Shown here: in pieces, positions 59,298 to 64,000 of the stretch
Numbering within the stretch: the stretch's first letter is position 1
Layout of the letters: each line of letters begins with the position of its first letter
From: Klebsormidium nitens
Taxonomy: Eukaryota; Plantae; Klebsormidiophyceae
Direction of reading: 5' to 3'
Assembly (NCBI GenBank): GCA_000708835.1
Contig: DF236977.1
Coordinates: forward strand, 284,623 to 348,622
Length of the DNA stretch: 64,000 nucleotides
Notes under the pieces: generated by a model
Seen by the model: only the letters and a program-made list of their open reading frames with translations
What the model was told of the DNA's origin: nothing
Databases searched by the model: none
Position numbers and translations under genes: made by a program

Positions 59298-62200
59298 TGA
59301 ATGATTGATATGCTAGCACATTCGCCCCATCACAAGATTGATTATGGATCATTAGTCAGGGGTAACCCTAGGGCCGGGTTTGCCACGTTGGACGAACTGT
59401 GAAATTTTCATACACAATATACATAGTTACGAAAGGCCAACAAGAGCTTGCCGCTACATGTGCGCAATGCTAAGGACCTCAATACTAAGACTTCACAATT
59501 CTAGCATGTCTACCCGATTATTATGGTCACCTACCTCAATCCCGTTGTGGTCGGCTCAAAGATTTGCGCATTGAAATTGATCAAAGTGATCAAAGTGATT
59601 TGCAACTTCCTTCCAATGGCCGGAGGTTGGCTTACGCCCTTGCATGGAGAAACTTCATGGATCCCACAAAATTCGGATGGCTTTGAAGAAAAGCAAGCGG
59701 GCGCAAATTTATGCCTACAATTACGTACGGCCTGTTGATAGTAGTCTTATTTGATCTTCTCATGATTGCCTGTTGAGATACGCAAATTAGGAAGTGCAAG
59801 TCTGTACGCCGTTAGCTTGAGGGTTCAAAACTCAAGAGGCGTCGAATTTCCTTCCAATGATAAGAATTCAATGCTAAGTGGTAATTGCAGTTCGTGGAAC
59901 GTGAAATGCATGCGGATTACATGATCATGCCCATTGCATGCAAACAACTGCAAGCAATCACCGTCCAAATTAAGTAGGTTCAATGAAAGCGCCTTATCGT
60001 ATAGATTGCGGATAGTGGTAAATGTTTAAGACCTACTTCATGAACGTTCATTCGAATTGACAATCCTACTAGGTTGACTCGTAGATTTAAAGATAGAAAA
60101 TGACTCTGGCAAAAACTACAAATGCCGATCGCATATCACACAAACTTGATCATATTCCAATTATCTGCAATGATAATCTGTGGGCCCACTGTGCTAAAGA
60201 GGAGGTATCATCCAAAGAGCTTATGTCGCATGGCGTTCCGAGTGTTTATCAATTTATGGCCATTGGGTAGGCAACTGGAATAAAGCCGCAAGGTATGGCC
60301 GATAAAGGAAGCTTGTATAGGCACTTGGTAAATACCCGTTATGAATTATCAGCTGATCAGCTTCAAGGAGCGTGCTTGCCACGTGATTGCCAAGCTCGAA
60401 CAAATTGCCCCAATGATTGAAACGAGAGAGCCTTTGAGCCCGATTCTTTTTAAGCTTGGTGTTGTGATTTTGGGACCAAGCCCTTGAGCAAGGATTGAAG
60501 CTGTTCAAGGCAGGATCAATGGTGGGCTGGACTCCGTGCTGAGCGGAAAGTGGAGCAAAGTGAAGATCCACGCGAAAATGAGAGCCGCAGCCGATGGCTC
60601 AACTGGTATGATTGCAAAGAATTTGGACACGTTGCCAAAAATGTTGTTACCGGATTAGTGCGGCCCCAGGCGCGGATGGAAACCTTTCCGAATGGACTGA
60701 CTTTAGCATAGGTGAGGAGAAAATTGCCGACTGACAGTGCCACCACTGGTACGTGTCGAGTGTAGTAGCCACAACTCAACTGGAGTCGAACTTAGCCTTT
60801 CGCACGCGAAGTCGTAATTGGACTCCGCGCGATAGATAGACTGAGTTTCGACCCACTTCAGATCCGTATACGATCCCGGAAATCAGATTTTTCCAAAATT
60901 GTGGGGTTTGAAGCGCATGAGGAGCTGTGGACCACAATATTTAGTAACCTTTGTTATGACCTATATGGAACCGAAAAACTTGTTCCCCGAGTTGCAACGA
61001 TTTCAAAAGTGGAATTACTTCAATCGTAATGGAGATCCACTATAAATCTTCGGATCTTTTCCAAGTGATTCGCAGTAACTTATGAAGCTACCCGAAGAAC
61101 CCTTCCTAAGATCTTGATAAAATGAACTTCAGGCCATCGTTTCCCGATCAATTACGACTCGCGGATAGAATCATAGAGTTGTGTGTGAACGTTAAAAGAT
61201 AGCCCCTCACTTGGACGTGCATGGCAAGCCCAACAGCTTGATAGCAACAAGCTTATGCCTTTTTCATACCCTCGAGATGTTGGGTAGGAGTGGGCCAAAG
61301 TCCATATTCGAGAATGAAGTTACTCTATGGCAAATGCAGCGGCTAATCTAAGTATATGTGCATGTGTGCATTGTTATCGAAACGAGCCTCTTTGCAGACC
61401 ACTTTCTAAGTTGTCCACCATTGAGGGACTCAGGCTCCACAATATCCTCTCATTATCCTGTCGCCCTCGTCATATTGAATTCATTGAGGTCGCTAGATAC
61501 GGTCTATTTGCGGCCTTCGCCGAATTGACAATCATGGAGACAATGACTCAGTAATTTGACGCGCTACCACTAAAGTCACATTAGCGCCAATGTTACCCAA
61601 GTGGTTGCGTGTCCAACTCAACAAATGTTTAGACCCGATTGATGTCACGACGACGCCATTGGCCGGCCGGGGAGGCTGAGTGACCTGGTTCGAATCGTAG
61701 TCTGAGACAATTTTGACGGCACTGCGCGAAGAGGATGCTTGTGTGGCATAAAACGAGTCCCAAGGTAGGGCGCCAATTACTAATAGGTCGTAGTGAGGGG
61801 ACCAATTGGCAGCGTGTAAAACTTAACAAAATGTATAGACGAGGATTACGTCACAAAGACGTCACTTGCCGGCCGAGTGGGCCTTCGAATCCATGGCATC
61901 CAAGTGAAACAGATTGGACGGCTTCGCGCAAAAAGGTTGCCTATGTGGCGTAGAACGTGATTCTTGAGCGGGTGCGCCAGTTAAGGCTCGTAACGAGACG
62001 AGCCTCAAAAGAATGATGTCCGGAAAATTCGGTCCACACATTCTGTCGAGTTTGACGCCCTACCATTCGGTTATACAGGCGCCCATGTAAACGAGTGGTA
62101 GTGCGTCAAACTTGACGATGACCTTCTTGTGGACGCCTCTCTCTAAGCGCCTGGTATTCCATGAAGTCCATCTTCAACTACACAAAGGCACATTGCTTCT

Positions 62201-62715
62201 TTATCTATCCAACCTTTGTCTCTGGTGCGTGCGGCTTGTCTAGATCCGCTCATACCCTCATGTGCCTTGTTGAAACTCATGGTGAGGGACTCGTAGTGAA
62301 GTTGTTACTCGTCATTGCGTCTGATACCGTGCTGCCCGGCACCCATACTCAGCTCTCATTGATGGCAGCTATGCATTTTAAAAGGAACACACGAAGCGCC
62401 TGACGAGCGGCTTCCTTTCCCACAACCTTCTTTTGGAATGATGTGTCAGAATAGTGTTTCTCTCCACATTGTCTCACGGATCTCTTGTTGAAAGCAAGCG
62501 CCTTAGAGCGCGTTTCAAGTCAAGCACAACTACTAGGAATGAGTGACCAATACAAGTCCATGGTCCAAATCATAAATCCGTGGCTAGGTCTACTTGGTCG
62601 AGTCCAACTCTAGCTCTATGTGAGTCAACTCAAACATCAACGGCCTAGCCTCCAAGATTCCACAAAGATGCTTATCTAACGGTCCACACTGGCCTAGGGA
62701 GTAACTACCACTAGT

Positions 62716-62801
62716 GGGGGTAACTGCCGGTGGGGGTAAATGCCAGGGGGTTATTGCCAGTGGGGTAGTTGCCAAGGGGTAATTGCCAGGGGGTAATTAC
62801 C
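62716..62801 (+). repeat. G-rich degenerate tandem array, 6 units of ~14-16 bp (GGGG(G)TAATTGCCA)
   Basis: GGGGGTAACTGCC, GGGGGTAAATGCC, GGGGGTTATTGCC, GGGGTAGTTGCC, GGGGTAATTGCC, GGGGGTAATTACC in tandem. Confidence 0.85.
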
Positions 62802-63091
62802 ACTCTATCAAACTTAATGAAACGGCTACGAAATCATCTAGGATCTTAGGGCGTACTCACACAATAGTAGTACTACCTAAATCCAACATCTCTTCCGTTC
62901 CATTAGGCTCACTAGCCTACTAGGCTTACAAGTCTAAGTCACACACTACTAGCCTCACTAGCTTAGATCGATCACCGTCACACTCAATCTTTAGCCATTG
63001 ATATCCTCACGGCATACACTGACGGTCCTCTCAACCGCCTAAACTCCAAAGTGCCTAACCGCCGTACAAAGACGCCGACGCTCACTATTTC

Positions 63092-63752
63092 AAACCCTAA
63101 ATCAGTCAAACCCTAATCAAACAATAATTCGACTGAACTAAATCACCGGTTTCTGACATATACCACGTTTTATTGCACCGCCACTAAGCCTCTTAGAGGG
63201 ATCTATAGGGGTGCATCGAGGGTCCGGTATAAAGTGTAATTGGTCGTCACGTATTGAACCCCTTCCGCGCACACCGCCTTTAGCAGAATTGAGACTTCAA
63301 GCATTTTCTAGATTGAATCTACCCCTTTCAATTGCCGAATGGCCCATTCGGCCATTCTGCTTGTCCGAAAACGGGCGGTCGTCGCATCCACCGTCTGCGT
63401 GCCTCCGAACACAACATCGCTAGCCGTGGGGGCTTTGGCGCACTACACGAGCGCCCTGATCAAGGCGCACTAGTTGGCAGCGCTTGGGATGGTGCGTTAA
63501 TTTGCAGGAATTTCAGGAGGCATAATCATCTTTAGAAGAAGCGACGAGGTCCTCAAGACGTTCTGCTCGTTGCCAACCATGCATGGAACGTCGAGAGAAG
63601 GCGCTCTACAACGGGTACGTCTCTTTGATGTACGGGGGAGCGGTGGGTTGATTTGGCCGTTTTCAAACGGAGGTGTCCGCATCGATAGTCGAGAGGTTGT
63701 TGAGATACGGGCATTTAGGGACCGAATTTCCGGGTGATTCTAGGGTTTTAGG
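63092..63752. repeat. Scattered telomere-like motifs
   Basis: aaaccctaa at 63092-63100 and 63108-63116; tttaggg at ~63714-63720; tagggttttagg at 63741-63752 in the opposite orientation. Confidence 0.5.
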
Positions 63753-64000
63753 ATCACGACGTCGACGGTAATTCGACGGTAATTATAGTTACGGTCACAC
63801 GGTTAACTGCGCGCGGATTACAACGTTACACCCGAATGACTTGGCGATAACCATCGATACTGTGTAGGTTCGATGATAGTCGTCGATGTACGGTTTAGAG
63901 TGAATTTTTCGGACTTACTAGATGACGGTCCACTGAGCCTACTAGGCTAGGGTGTAGACCTAGAGATAGGCCGTGACTCGGAACACTGTATATACATTGT

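Noticed and set aside
61900-62600. Fragmentary minus-strand coding-like stretches
   Set aside because: Multiple stops and frameshifts with no identifiable motif; cannot be supported beyond possible old repeat debris.
1-64000. tRNA, rRNA, CRISPR arrays and prokaryotic operons
   Set aside because: No cloverleaf, rRNA-like or repeat-spacer structure seen; the window is an intron-rich eukaryotic locus.

Overview
Gene-dense eukaryotic nuclear DNA with GC-rich exons and short GT-AG introns, often with (T/G)GCAG acceptors. The plant-type gene set and intron style suggest a streptophyte alga such as Klebsormidium; this is an inference. I rebuilt 12 spliced genes by hand: a Ubc6/UBE2J-type E2 fused to TPR repeats, a DUF3228-like protein, a Tat-type thylakoid-lumen protein, an STN7/STN8-family kinase with a long C-terminal extension, an SDR, an MFS transporter, SEC63/ERdj2, a synaptotagmin, a divergent F-box-less Tubby, CKS1, URI1 and an F-box/LRR protein. 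A further large disordered exon probably runs off the left edge. Non-genic features include a 380-bp hAT-type MITE (TIRs plus 8-bp TSD), a possible RTE LINE relic in an intron, a frameshifted foreign-looking ORF inside an F-box intron, a 166-N assembly gap, and a gene-poor last ~4.7 kb with a G-rich tandem array and telomere-like motifs. The most notable candidate is the tail-anchor-less Ubc6-type E2 joined to a TPR module that resembles Hsp70/Hsp90-binding TPRs. Exon coordinates are hand-derived, not transcript-verified, and no database searches were run.
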